DNA of 64,000 nt from contig NW_021825323.1 in the NCBI RefSeq assembly GCF_006345805.1, positions 248,001 to 312,000 on the forward strand, written 5' to 3'. The notes beneath the pieces are model-generated. The model was given only the letters and a program-made list of their open reading frames with translations, was not told where the DNA came from and ran no database searches. Source of the DNA: Octopus sinensis. Lineage: Eukaryota. A program made the position numbers and the translations under genes. Every line of letters begins with the position of its first letter. Position 1 is the first letter of the stretch. Below are positions 50,910 through 60,914 of the stretch, one piece after another.

Positions 50910-51227
50910 AACCCTAAACCCAACCCCAATTCCCTAACCTTCACCCTAACCTTCACCCAAACCCTAACCTCACACCAAACCTCACCCAAACCCTAACCTT
51001 CACCCTAACCCTAACCTTCACCCTAACCCTAACCTTCACCCTAACCCTAACCTTCACCCTAACCCTAACCTTCACCCTAACCCTAACCTTCACCCAAACC
51101 CTAACCTTCACCCAAACCCTAACCTTCACCCAAACCCTAACCTTCACCCTAACCCTAACCTTCACCCTAACCCTAACCTATACCCTAACCCTAACCTATA
51201 CCCTAACCTATACCCTAACCATAACCA
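50910..51227 (+). repeat. Interstitial telomere-like array of CCCTAA with CCTTCA, CCCAAA and CCTATA variants
   Basis: About 50 hexamers organised largely as 18-mers CCTTCA-CCC(T/A)AA-CCCTAA. Confidence 0.95.
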
Positions 51228-51468
51228 TGAGATAAAACAGCATGCTTAATTTATTGTTTTTTAATGATAATGGTTAAGCATTGAAAAAATAAAAATCCAT
51301 AATATTATTAATTTTTAAATTAATAAGTAAATATATTTCAATCATTAAAATATTTAAATTGAAATTTTAAAAATTAGAGCAATGGTAACGAGAGGGGCAT
51401 GGTAACGAACAGGGCATGTGACATACTATATCCATCTTTTTTACATTGCCTCAATTTAGCATATCCAC

Positions 51469-53496
51469 ATGGTACTACCTTTCTCTAAAAAGTCTCTCCT
51501 ATGCTCTTCGTGCAACTTAAGCAACCTGAGGAAGAACGGCTGCCTGTGTTCCTCCTGCAAAAGCTTCTTTCATCTTTCCTGTGCTGGAATCTCTAAATTG
51601 GCCGCTTCAACCTTGTCCAAATGGACCTGCCCCTCATGCCACCCTCTTGCCCGCGGTTCGCGGCCGGTGTCTTCCAAAATTCTTTCCGATTCCAATAATT
51701 CCCAACCAATTACACCCATCCTATCAGTGAAAGATTTCCTCTTGTCGGTTTCCCGAGCCAAAAGGGTCCGTACTATCCCAGTCAAAATACCTAAGGCTGC
51801 GCGCATTCTCTCGGCCGAGTCTTTATCATCCGTTATCAACAAAGCGCTTTCTTTTAACGACCCATCCAGCTGGAACCATCTTTTCTGTTTTGGCATAATG
51901 GCTCTCGGTCTCCCTAAAGAAGGCACCCATAAACAGTCCAGAGGCCATAACATCCATCCCATTTCTATTTCGTCGCGATTTAAGGCTAACATATTGGCCT
52001 ACATGCCTTGTCCCTCGGATTTCTCTAGTTGGCTAGGTGCCACAGAGAAGGCCCAACGGAAGAACCAGACGCACCAGCCCCGCGTCCTACAAAACGACGA
52101 GGCTATTAACCGTGACGCCATACGTCTACGTGAACGTGTAAACGGCCAACTACTGGAAGGAAACGTTGCCGGCGCTGTGCGAGTACTGGCATCTGATTCC
52201 AAGGCCCTCGAAATAACTCCCCAAATCCTTACAGAACTAAAAGCGAAGCACCCCAATCCTCCAGACGACCAACGGTCCCTTATCACCCATTCTGACCTTC
52301 CAATCTCACATGCCTCAGATGAGGAAGTCCTCAATGCCATTAATTCTCTTTCAACTGGTAGCTGTGGGGGCATAGACGGCCTCCGGCCCGGACACGTCAA
52401 AGACATGCTCTCTCCCCAAACCTGTGAAGCCGGTCAGCGCCTCCTATCGTCCCTAACGGCTCTTACGAACCGAATTTTGAACGGAGAAATCTCCGAGTAT
52501 GCCCGCGATCTATTTTTTGCCGCTAATCTCACTGCCCTGAGGAAAAAGGAAGGCGGTGTCCGTCCCATCGCCGTGGGTTGCCTCTTCCGCCGACTGGCGT
52601 CGAAGGTAGCTTGCAGACAAGCCATCAAATTGCTGGGGTCCGAATTACGCCCAATACAACTCGGCGTAGGAGTTCGGGGTGGCTGCGAAGCAGCAGTCCA
52701 CGCCACGAGGAAGTTTGTGATTGCCTCCCAAGATCGGCAAGACAAGCCTTGTCTTCTCATCAAGATAGACTTGGCTAATGCTTTCAACTGTGTGCGTCGT
52801 GACACTTTTTTCGAATCCGCTACCCGTCGCTGTCCAGCAATCTCCCGTCTCGTCGCGTTGGCCTACGGCCAGCCCAGCCTCCTTGTCGCTGGTAATCAGA
52901 CAATCCCGTCCAGTAATGGAGTACAGCAAGGTGACCCTTTGGGCCCTCTCCTTTTCGCTCTGGCTGTGGATAACGTTGCCAGGAATGTATCATCCAAATT
53001 CAACGTTTGGTACTTGGACGACGCCACCATATGTGGTACATCTGAATCCGTTCTTGATGACCTGAGAATCATAATCCCTTCATTGCACGCCATTGGTCTC
53101 GAAGTCAATTCCAATAAATCTGAAATCATAAACATCAGTTACGACCCGCACCATTTTTCCGATATTCTTCGTTCCTTCAACTCGCTTTTATCGAACATTC
53201 AAGTCACCACGCCATCGAATCTCAAGATTTTGGGCTCCCCCATATTCAACACTGGAGTGGATCAAACTCTGTCCGAAAAAACCTCGAATCTCATATCTAT
53301 GTCCAGTAAGCTCACGACAATTGATTCCCATGCGGCTTTATTTCTATTGAAGAATTGCTTCGCGATCCCCAAGCTAATGTTCACCCTCCGAAGTGCCCCC
53401 TGTTTTACAAATCACGTGGGCCTCTTCAGCTTCGACCGTGCCCTCAGGGCATGCCTCGAAGCAATTTGTAATGCCCCGTTTGATGACCTCGGCTAG
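51469..53496 (+). CDS. CRE-like ORF: PHD finger plus reverse transcriptase, premature stop
   Basis: C4HC3 CSSC...CSSC...H..C...W.CPSC; GGIDGLRP, RPIAVG, DLANAFN, QQGDPLGP and WYLDD; the frame continues past the TAG to ~53650. Confidence 0.92.
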   Translation: MVLPFSKKSLLCSSCNLSNLRKNGCLCSSCKSFFHLSCAGISKLAASTLSKWTCPSCHPLARGSRPVSSKILSDSNNSQPITPILSVKDFLLSVSRAKRVRTIPVKIPKAARILSAESLSSVINKALSFNDPSSWNHLFCFGIMALGLPKEGTHKQSRGHNIHPISISSRFKANILAYMPCPSDFSSWLGATEKAQRKNQTHQPRVLQNDEAINRDAIRLRERVNGQLLEGNVAGAVRVLASDSKALEITPQILTELKAKHPNPPDDQRSLITHSDLPISHASDEEVLNAINSLSTGSCGGIDGLRPGHVKDMLSPQTCEAGQRLLSSLTALTNRILNGEISEYARDLFFAANLTALRKKEGGVRPIAVGCLFRRLASKVACRQAIKLLGSELRPIQLGVGVRGGCEAAVHATRKFVIASQDRQDKPCLLIKIDLANAFNCVRRDTFFESATRRCPAISRLVALAYGQPSLLVAGNQTIPSSNGVQQGDPLGPLLFALAVDNVARNVSSKFNVWYLDDATICGTSESVLDDLRIIIPSLHAIGLEVNSNKSEIINISYDPHHFSDILRSFNSLLSNIQVTTPSNLKILGSPIFNTGVDQTLSEKTSNLISMSSKLTTIDSHAALFLLKNCFAIPKLMFTLRSAPCFTNHVGLFSFDRALRACLEAICNAPFDDLG

Positions 53497-54664
53497 GAGC
53501 AGGCAATCCTCCCGGTTAGCCACGGTGTCATCGGTGTGAGCTCTGCCGCCGATCTTTCCCTGCCAGCATTTCTTTCCTCTGTTCACGCCACCAGCTCTCT
53601 GGTCCACGAGATTCTCCAATCCACTATTGAATCCCCCGTGGACACTGATGCTGTTCTTAAATTCTTTCCCATTATCCGTCTTTAGAATAAATGGGGGACC
53701 AATCATGTAAAAAATATTCTTTAATTTTCTAGTAATTTCCTCCGCTGATTTCCGCCTGGCAAGTTTTACAACTGCGAATTTAGAAAATGAGTCTATAACC
53801 ACAACCAACTACAATTTATACAAAAAGAAATACCCATCCATTATCGCTATTAAGGCTAGCATAACTTTTAAATCTATCCCTTCCTCCTCGAAAATTAACT
53901 GTTCTGCTAATTTTCTGTATCTTTTTTTTCAGATTTCTGAAATCGGTCAATATAAAAAACATCTATTTGAATATTTTTGATTATTTCAAGTTCATCTTTG
54001 GTAAGGTTGAGTAAAACCATTTTTGAAATATAGATTTGATCGATTATACTTATTATTTTTTCAAATTGGAAAACTTAGATAACCAAAACAAATTTACCAC
54101 TTTTTATTATCATTGTCGATCATTTTTGCCATTTTTCTTGTAATTGACTGGTTGAAGCGTTCGACAATCCCTTGTGAGCGGAGATTGTTTGGCCTTCCGT
54201 GAATTCGTTTGATATTGAATTCCTCACATAGATTGGTCATTTCACGATTCTTGAATTCAGTCCCATTATCGGACTGAAGAAATTGACACGGACCATTTAA
54301 GAAAAATAATGATATGAGGTTTTCACAAACTTCATTTGAGGACTTAGTGTAGAGCGGCCTCGCAAATGCAAATCTATAAAAATTGTTAAAAAACTAACTT
54401 GCTATATACGTCAATGACCGTTAAAATCCATTTAAAATTTTTATTTATAGTAGAAAAACTTTTCAGATCTATAAGATCTATCTGAAATCTTTCATTTGGG
54501 CAAGATGCAAAGACATGGTTATTTATATCTCCAATCTAGGATTTAAAAAAGTTAAAACTTTTAAGGGTCGCGCAAATTCACAAATTTCACAGTTTCGAAT
54601 GACTTTTCGAATAATCTAATTTTTTTTCCTGAAATCACAATCTCTGAAAATTAATCATTTAGTA

Positions 54665-54720
54665 TTTAATTAGCAGCAGAGGATAGAATGGAATGGCAAT
54701 TCCCACGCAAGATGGCTTTT
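54665..54720 (-). mobile_element. CRE-like 3' stub
   Basis: AILRGNCHSILSSAAN*; matches the copy at 34270. Confidence 0.7.
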
Positions 54721-55002
54721 ATCTCATTTTTAACTGTGAAATATCGTTTTCGACATTCATATTCAATTTTGTTAACTCCTCCATGCGAGAAGTCATGCAA
54801 ACTTTTAGCAACGATCTCCATTTCGGGTTCATTGTCTAGACAAATCACTAGCTTGTGATCTGAATTCGCACATTTAAGATACAATCTATACATTTACAAT
54901 TTGTATGATACCTTTCATTAATTACAGTAAAATTTTCAATTTTCTTAACTAGTCTATATTTTTTTTGCTTTGTAAGATGTTCAGGAAATTTATCCTGTAA
55001 AG

Positions 55003-56534
55003 CAGCGGTTCTCAACCTTTTTTAGACTGGGGACCACTTTTGCACTATAAAATTTTGTGGGGACCACCTTAAATAAAATAAACATTTTTTGGTATTAGCG
55101 CACAATTTTTGGCCTCGTCAGGGCCGGGTTTAGACATGTTCGAATATTTATTATAAAAATAACATGAACATTATGAAAATAACAGAAAATTTAATAGTAA
55201 TTTAGTGAGATTTCTGATCTTGTTTGCTCAGAATAATTTTACTTATATCAGGCTCTATGTTCGACAAAGCTACTCGCATATCATCTTGTACCCGTAGTCT
55301 ATTTCTATATTTTGTTTTTAGAAAAGTCAGACACGACTTCGCCATTTCACAGTGATAAGTAGTGGGGAATGCAAGTATTGATTCCAATGCAGTTTTACTC
55401 AAAATGGGGAATTCTTTCGCCATCTGACACCTAACAATAAAAAGTAATTATTAATGAGAATACCAAAAATCTAATAATGAAGTACATTTAAAAATAATCT
55501 GAGCAGACTGATTACATTGAAGTTCAATCAAGCTCTGCTGAAAATTGAGTTCCTGATATTCTTTAAATGAGGTCAGGTTATTCTGCATTTACTTTTATTG
55601 ATTCTTTTAATTAATTGCTTCAGGATATCAGATGACAATTCTGAAATTCTACGGGAAATTGAATCGTTGAATAATGGTATGTCCTTAAGTTTGGTAACTG
55701 CATCCGGACCAAACAAAATTCGAGCCATTTCAAGAGCCGCTGGTTTGATTAACTTTTCACCAGAATTATGTGCAGCTTTTTTTTGCGATAATCATTGAGA
55801 CCTATTTGTTTTAGATATAAATTAAAATTACAGCATATGATGCTTCTAATCTCGGTTTATCTTGAGATTTATTAAACCACTCAAGCTTTGGCTGTGAATC
55901 AAACTTCGTTCTTTTGACTTTAAAATATTCATGTGAGGAAGAATTTTCTGGGTGTACAGACTCTTTGTGGCGCCTAAGTTGAGAAGGTTTCAGTGAATTG
56001 TTTCCCAAAATTTTATGGCAAATCATGCATTTTGCCTTTATTTCATTATTTGGGGCAATGAATTTAGTGAATCCAAATTGTACGTAAGAATCCGACCAAA
56101 GACGACGATTCTTGTTAACCATAACTAGAATGATAACCACGCTAATCAAATCAGATTAATTTCAATGTTTTTGATTTATACTTAATTGTACAATTAGTTT
56201 TAAATTTAATATATTGTTATTTTTCGAAAATTCCTGGGGACCACTAAAAATTTTCTGGGGACCACGATTGAGAACCGCTTGATTAATTTCAATGTTTTTG
56301 ATTTATACTTAATTGTACAATTAGTTTTAACTTTAATATATTTTTATTTTTCGAAAATTCCTGGGGACCACTAAAAATTTTCTGGGGACCACGATTGAGA
56401 ACCGCTTGATTAATTTCAATGTTTTTGATTTATACTTAATTGTACAATTAGTTTTAACTTTAATATATTTTTATTTTTCGAAAATTCATGGGGACCACTA
56501 AAAATTTTCTGGGGACCACGGTTGAGAACCGCTG
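55003..56534 (-). mobile_element. hAT Buster-like element, internally deleted
   Basis: TIR CAGCGGTTCTCAACC; 8-bp TSD CTGTAAAG; CMIC..LKPSQLRRH, GEKLIKPAA and FPTTYHCE motifs. Confidence 0.93.
56155..56534. repeat. Tandem triplication (about 127 bp) of the hAT terminal region
   Basis: TTAATTTCAATG...GGGACCACG.TTGAGAACCGCT repeated three times. Confidence 0.9.
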
Positions 56535-56747
56535 CTGTAAAGCATCTTTTATTTATAATTTAATCCCATCAATGTCATAATTGCACATTTCAAGGTCACG
56601 TCAGGTATCACGCGGCCCATAGGTATCGCGCAGCCCATGTCACATCTTAATAATAAAATGGTATGGTGTGTGTCTGTCTGTGTGTCTGTCTGTCTTGTGT
56701 CTGTCTGTCTGTCTGTCTGTGTGTGCACACCAACTTCAAATTGGCAA

Positions 56748-58195
56748 TACGATGTCCTCGACTTACATGATGAGGTCCTTAAAACCTTCCCCCCCAAAAA
56801 AATTAAAAAAAAATTTCTGCATTTTGGTTAAAATGAACAACTACAATGTCCTCGACTTACATGATGAAGTCCTTAAAAACTTCCCCCCCAAAAAATTAAA
56901 AAAAAATTTTCTGCATTTTGGTTAAAATGAACAACTACAATGTCCTCGACTTACATGATGAAGTCCTTAAAACCTTCCCCCCAAAAAAAATTAAAAAAAA
57001 TTTTCTGCATTTTGGTTAAAATGAACAACTACAATGTCCTCGACTTACATGATGAGGTCCTTAAAACCTTCCCCCCCAAAAAAATTAAAAAAAAATTTTC
57101 TGCATTTTGGTTAAAATGAACAACTACAATGTCCTCGACTTACATGATGAAGTCCTTAAAACCTTCCCCCCCAAAAAAATTAAAAAAAAATTTTCTGCAT
57201 TTTGGTTAAAATGAACAACTACAATGTCCTCGACTTACATGATGAAGTCCTTAAAACCTTCCCCCCAAAAAAAATTAAAAAAAAATTTTCTGCATTTTGG
57301 TTAAAATGAACAACTACAATGTCCTCGACTTACATGATGAAGTCCTTAAAACCTTCCCCCCCAAAAAAATTAAAAAAAAATTTTCTGCATTTTGGTTAAA
57401 ATGAACAACTACAAGTCCTCGACTTACATGATGAAGTCCTTAAAACCTTCCCCCCCAAAAAAATTAAAAAAATTTTCTGCATTTTGGTTAAAATGAACAA
57501 CTACAATGTCCTCAACTTACATGATGAAGTCCTTAAAACCTTCCCCCCCAAAAAATTAAAAAAAAATTTTCTGCATTTTGGTTAAAATGAACAACTACAA
57601 TGTCCTCGACTTACATGATGAAGTCCTTAAAACCTTCCCCCCCAAAAAAATTAAAAAAAATTTTCTGCATTTTGGTTAAAATGAACAACTACAATGTCCT
57701 CGACTTACATGATGAAGTCCTTAAAACCTTCCCCCCAAAAAAATTAAAAAAAAAATTCTGCATTTTGGTTAAAATGAACAACTACAATGTCCTCGACTTA
57801 CATGATGAAGTCCTTAAAACCTTCCCCCCAAAAAAATTAAAAAAAATTTTCTGCATTTTGGTTAAAATGAACAACTACAATGTCCTCAACTTACATGATG
57901 AAGTCCTTAAAACCTTCCCCCCAAAAAAATTAAAAAAAAATTTCTGCATTTTGGTTAAAATGAACAACTACAATGTCCTCAACTTACATGATGAAGTCCT
58001 TAAAACCTTCCCCCCCAAAAAAAATTAAAAAAAAATTTTCTGCATTTTGGTTAAAATGAACAACTACAATGTCCTCGACTTACATGATGAAGTCCTTAAA
58101 ACCTTCCCCCCAAAAAATCAAAAAATTATTTTCTGCATTTTGATTAAAATGAACAACGCGAATGTCCTCGACATTCATGATGAGGTCCATTAAAA
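56748..58195 (+). repeat. 93-bp minisatellite, roughly 15-16 units
   Basis: Same unit as the array at 42345. Confidence 0.97.
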
Positions 58196-58226
58196 CCTTC
58201 AAGGCAAAAATCTCACGTATTAAGAA

Positions 58227-60914
58227 CTAGCTCGGCAGCTCGCTTCGCTCACCGCGACCTAGCTCCTGCGGAGGGCCTGTTTCATCAAACAACTATAAGT
58301 TTATGTAGATGTATAAAACTACCTGGTTTAATGTAACCCTATTCTATCGCCTGTTGATAAACGATGTTTGTCGTCCGTCCTTCCTGGCATATATGAATAA
58401 ATTTTCTCTTCTGCCTACCCTCGAGCATCCCACATACAGCTGTCCATGTGAAAAGCACTCACTCTCTAAAAATAACCCAACTACCTTTAATGACTGTCCC
58501 TGGGCCTTGTTTATTGTCATTGCAAAACTCATCCTCAAAGGAAATTGCAGCCTTTTAAATCTAAATGGTAATTCATCAGAAATTATCGGAATTCGTGGAA
58601 TATAAACATCCTCACCTCAATACTTACCTGTTAATATCGTCGCCTCTATTACGTTAGCCATCTTTCTTCAGCTTCATTTTTCCTCCTTCGGTTATCTATT
58701 TAAAAAATTATTTTTGAATAATAAAAAATATTAGGAAAAAAGAGGCATACAGAAAATAAATTCTATCTTTACGAAAAACTTCTTTTCTTAAGTCGTCTTC
58801 CCTCTTTCGGTTATCTATTGAAAAAATTATTTTTGAATAATAAAAAAATTTAGGAAAAGAGGCATACCGAAATAAATTCTATCTTCACGAAAAACTTAAC
58901 TAAATAGCTAATATTTTTACGCAAATTCTTCTGATTGCGCTGTCAATTGGTGGTAAATTGTGTTAATGATTGTGCTAATGTGGTTTCAACTATCAAAGTG
59001 TTTTTCAAAATCAGTTAATTGCACACTCTATTCAAGGTCGTGCGTCAATTGGTGGTAAATTGTGTTAATGATTGTGCTAATCTGGTTTCAACTATCAAAG
59101 TGGTTTTTCAAAATCTGTTAATTGCACACTCTATTCAAAGTCGTGCAATCTGTGATTGCACATTCTGTCAAAGTCAAATATGATAATAGCTTTAATTTTG
59201 ATTCATGGTCGATAATGATATATGCATTTAATTTTAAAGAGAAAAACATAGGATGAATTGAATTTCTTTATCGCGAATAATGGGAGTTCATCATTGTTAA
59301 TATTCTCGCTGTCGTTTTCATCAAGGATATTCTTAATACGTGAGATTTTTGCCTTGAAGGTTTTAATGGACCTCATCATGAATGTCGAGGACATTCGCGT
59401 TGTTCATTTTAATCAAAATGCAGAAAATAATTTTTTGATTTTTTGGGGGGAAGGTTTTAAGGACTTCATCATGTAAGTCGAGGACATTGTAGTTGTTCAT
59501 TTTAACCAAAATGCAGAAAATTTTTTTTTAATTTTTTTTGGGGGGGAAGGTTTTAAGGACTTCATCATGTAAGTTGAGGACATTGTAGTTGTTCATTTTA
59601 ACCAAAATGCAGAAAATTTTTTTTAATTTTTTTGGGGGGAAGGTTTTAAGGACTTCATCATGTAAGTCGAGGACATTGTAGTTGTTCATTTTAACCAAAA
59701 TGCAGAAAATTTTTTTTTAATTTTTTTGGGGGGAAGGTTTTAAGGACTTCATCATGTAAGTCGAGGACATTGTAGTTGTTCATTTTAACCAAAATGCAGA
59801 AATTTTTTTTTAATTTTTTTTGGGGGGAAGGTTTTAAGGACTTCATCATGTAAGTCGAGGACATTGTAGTTGTTCATTTTAACCAAAATGCAGAAAATTT
59901 TTTTTAATTTTTTTTGGGGGGAAGGTTTTAAGGACTTCATCATGTAAGTCGAGGACATTGTAGTTGTTCATTTTAACCAAAATGCAGAAAATTTTTTTTA
60001 ATTTTTTTTGGGGGGAAGGTTTTAAGGACTTCATCATGTAAGTTGAGGACATTGTAGTTGTTCATTTTAACCAAAATGCAGAAAATTTTTTTTAATTTTT
60101 TTGGGGGGAAGGTTTTAAGGACTTCATCATGTAAGTCGAGGACATTGTAGTTGTTCATTTTAACCAAAATGCAGAAATTTTTTTTTAATTTTTTTTGGGG
60201 GGAAGGTTTTAAGGACTTCATCATGTAAGTCGAGGACATTGTAGTTGTTCATTTTAACCAAAATGCAGAAAATTTTTTTTTAATTTTTTTTGGGGGGGAA
60301 GGTTTTAAGGACTTCATCATGTAAGTCGAGGACATTGTAGTTGTTCATTTTAACCAAAATGCAGAAAATTTTTTTTTAATTTTTTTGGGGGGAAGGTTTT
60401 AAGGACTTCATCATGTAAGTCGAGGACATTGTAGTTGTTCATTTTAACCAAAATGCAGAAAATTTTTTTTTAATTTTTTTTGGGGGGAAGGTTTTAAGGA
60501 CCTCATCATGTAAGTCGAGGACATTGTAGTTGTTCATTTTAACCAAAATGCAGAAAATTTTTTTTAATTTTTTTTGGGGGGAGGTTTTAAGGACTTCATC
60601 ATGTAAGTCGAGGACATTGTAGTTGTTCATTTTAACCAAAATGCAGAAAATTTTTTTTTAATTTTTTTGGGGGGGAAGGTTTTAAGGACTTCATCATGTA
60701 AGTCGAGGACATTGTAGTTGTTCATTTTAACCAAAATGCAGAAAATTTTTTTTAATTTTTTTGGGGGGGAAGGTTTTAAGGACCTCATCATGTAAGTCGA
60801 GGACATCGTATTGCCAATTTGAAGTTGGTGTGCACACACAGACAGACAGACAGACAGACAGACACACAGAGACACACACAGACAGACACACACCATACCA
60901 TTTTATTATTAAGA
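58227..60914 (-). mobile_element. Non-autonomous Helitron, copy 3, nested and inverted
   Basis: Minus strand A|TCTT...CTAG|T with no TSD; splits the host sequence AAGAA^TATCC. Confidence 0.93.
59355..60810 (-). repeat. 93-bp minisatellite, roughly 15-16 units, inverted
   Basis: Reverse complement of the same unit. Confidence 0.97.

Larger units (their letters stand above)
48284..51423. mobile_element. TGT...ACA non-autonomous DNA element (Ginger-like MITE) carrying telomere-type repeats
   Basis: Imperfect TIRs TGTCACATGCC...ATGCCC..TCGTTACC; 5-bp TSD TACTA at 48279-48283 and 51424-51428. Confidence 0.85.
47653..53651. mobile_element. CRE-clade retrotransposon with inverted 5' arm
   Basis: 12-bp TSD TGTTCTTAAATT at 47641-47652 and 53652-53663; minus-strand REL arm plus A-tail at 47653-48278; plus-strand PHD-RT arm at 51429-53651. 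Confidence 0.88.
46915..53870 (-). mobile_element. Ginger2-like integrase element A, host of the CRE insertion
   Basis: TGTCACA end at 46915; the rve core LVVVIDSFSK...TDNGKEFKN (53664-53808) continues as KCMETMC...QGQVERFN (below 47641); introns 53809-53833 (GT-AG) and 47527-47553 (GC-AG). Confidence 0.85.
53900..56644 (-). mobile_element. Ginger2-like integrase element B, split by a hAT and a CRE stub
   Basis: TGTGACA terminus at 56644; LHDFSHGG (H2C2), FQIDLID, WILTVID, SDNGTEF and QGIVERFN; introns 54886-54911 and 54374-54398. Confidence 0.85.

Noticed and set aside
50953-51165. VRVKVR repeat protein, and the VCLSVCLS ORFs at 42.2, 56.6 and 60.7 kb
   Set aside because: Translations of hexamer and (CTGT)n repeats
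50910-51227. True chromosome end
   Set aside because: Interstitial, mostly variant hexamers, and flanked on both sides by parts of one TSD-bounded element
51570-53135. Overlapping minus-strand ORFs within the CRE ORF (also within 39098-39718)
   Set aside because: Antisense shadow ORFs of GC-richer coding sequence with no recognisable motifs
50910-53496. Telomere-targeting retrotransposon (MoTeR/Cnl1-like), since CCCTAA repeats lie upstream of a CRE ORF
   Set aside because: The repeats are enclosed by TGT...ACA TIRs with a TACTA TSD and so belong to a separate, later insertion; the CRE's own TSD lies in a Ginger gene
42345-60810. CRISPR-like array
   Set aside because: Head-to-tail identical 93-bp units with no unique spacers and no cas genes, in a eukaryotic Helitron context
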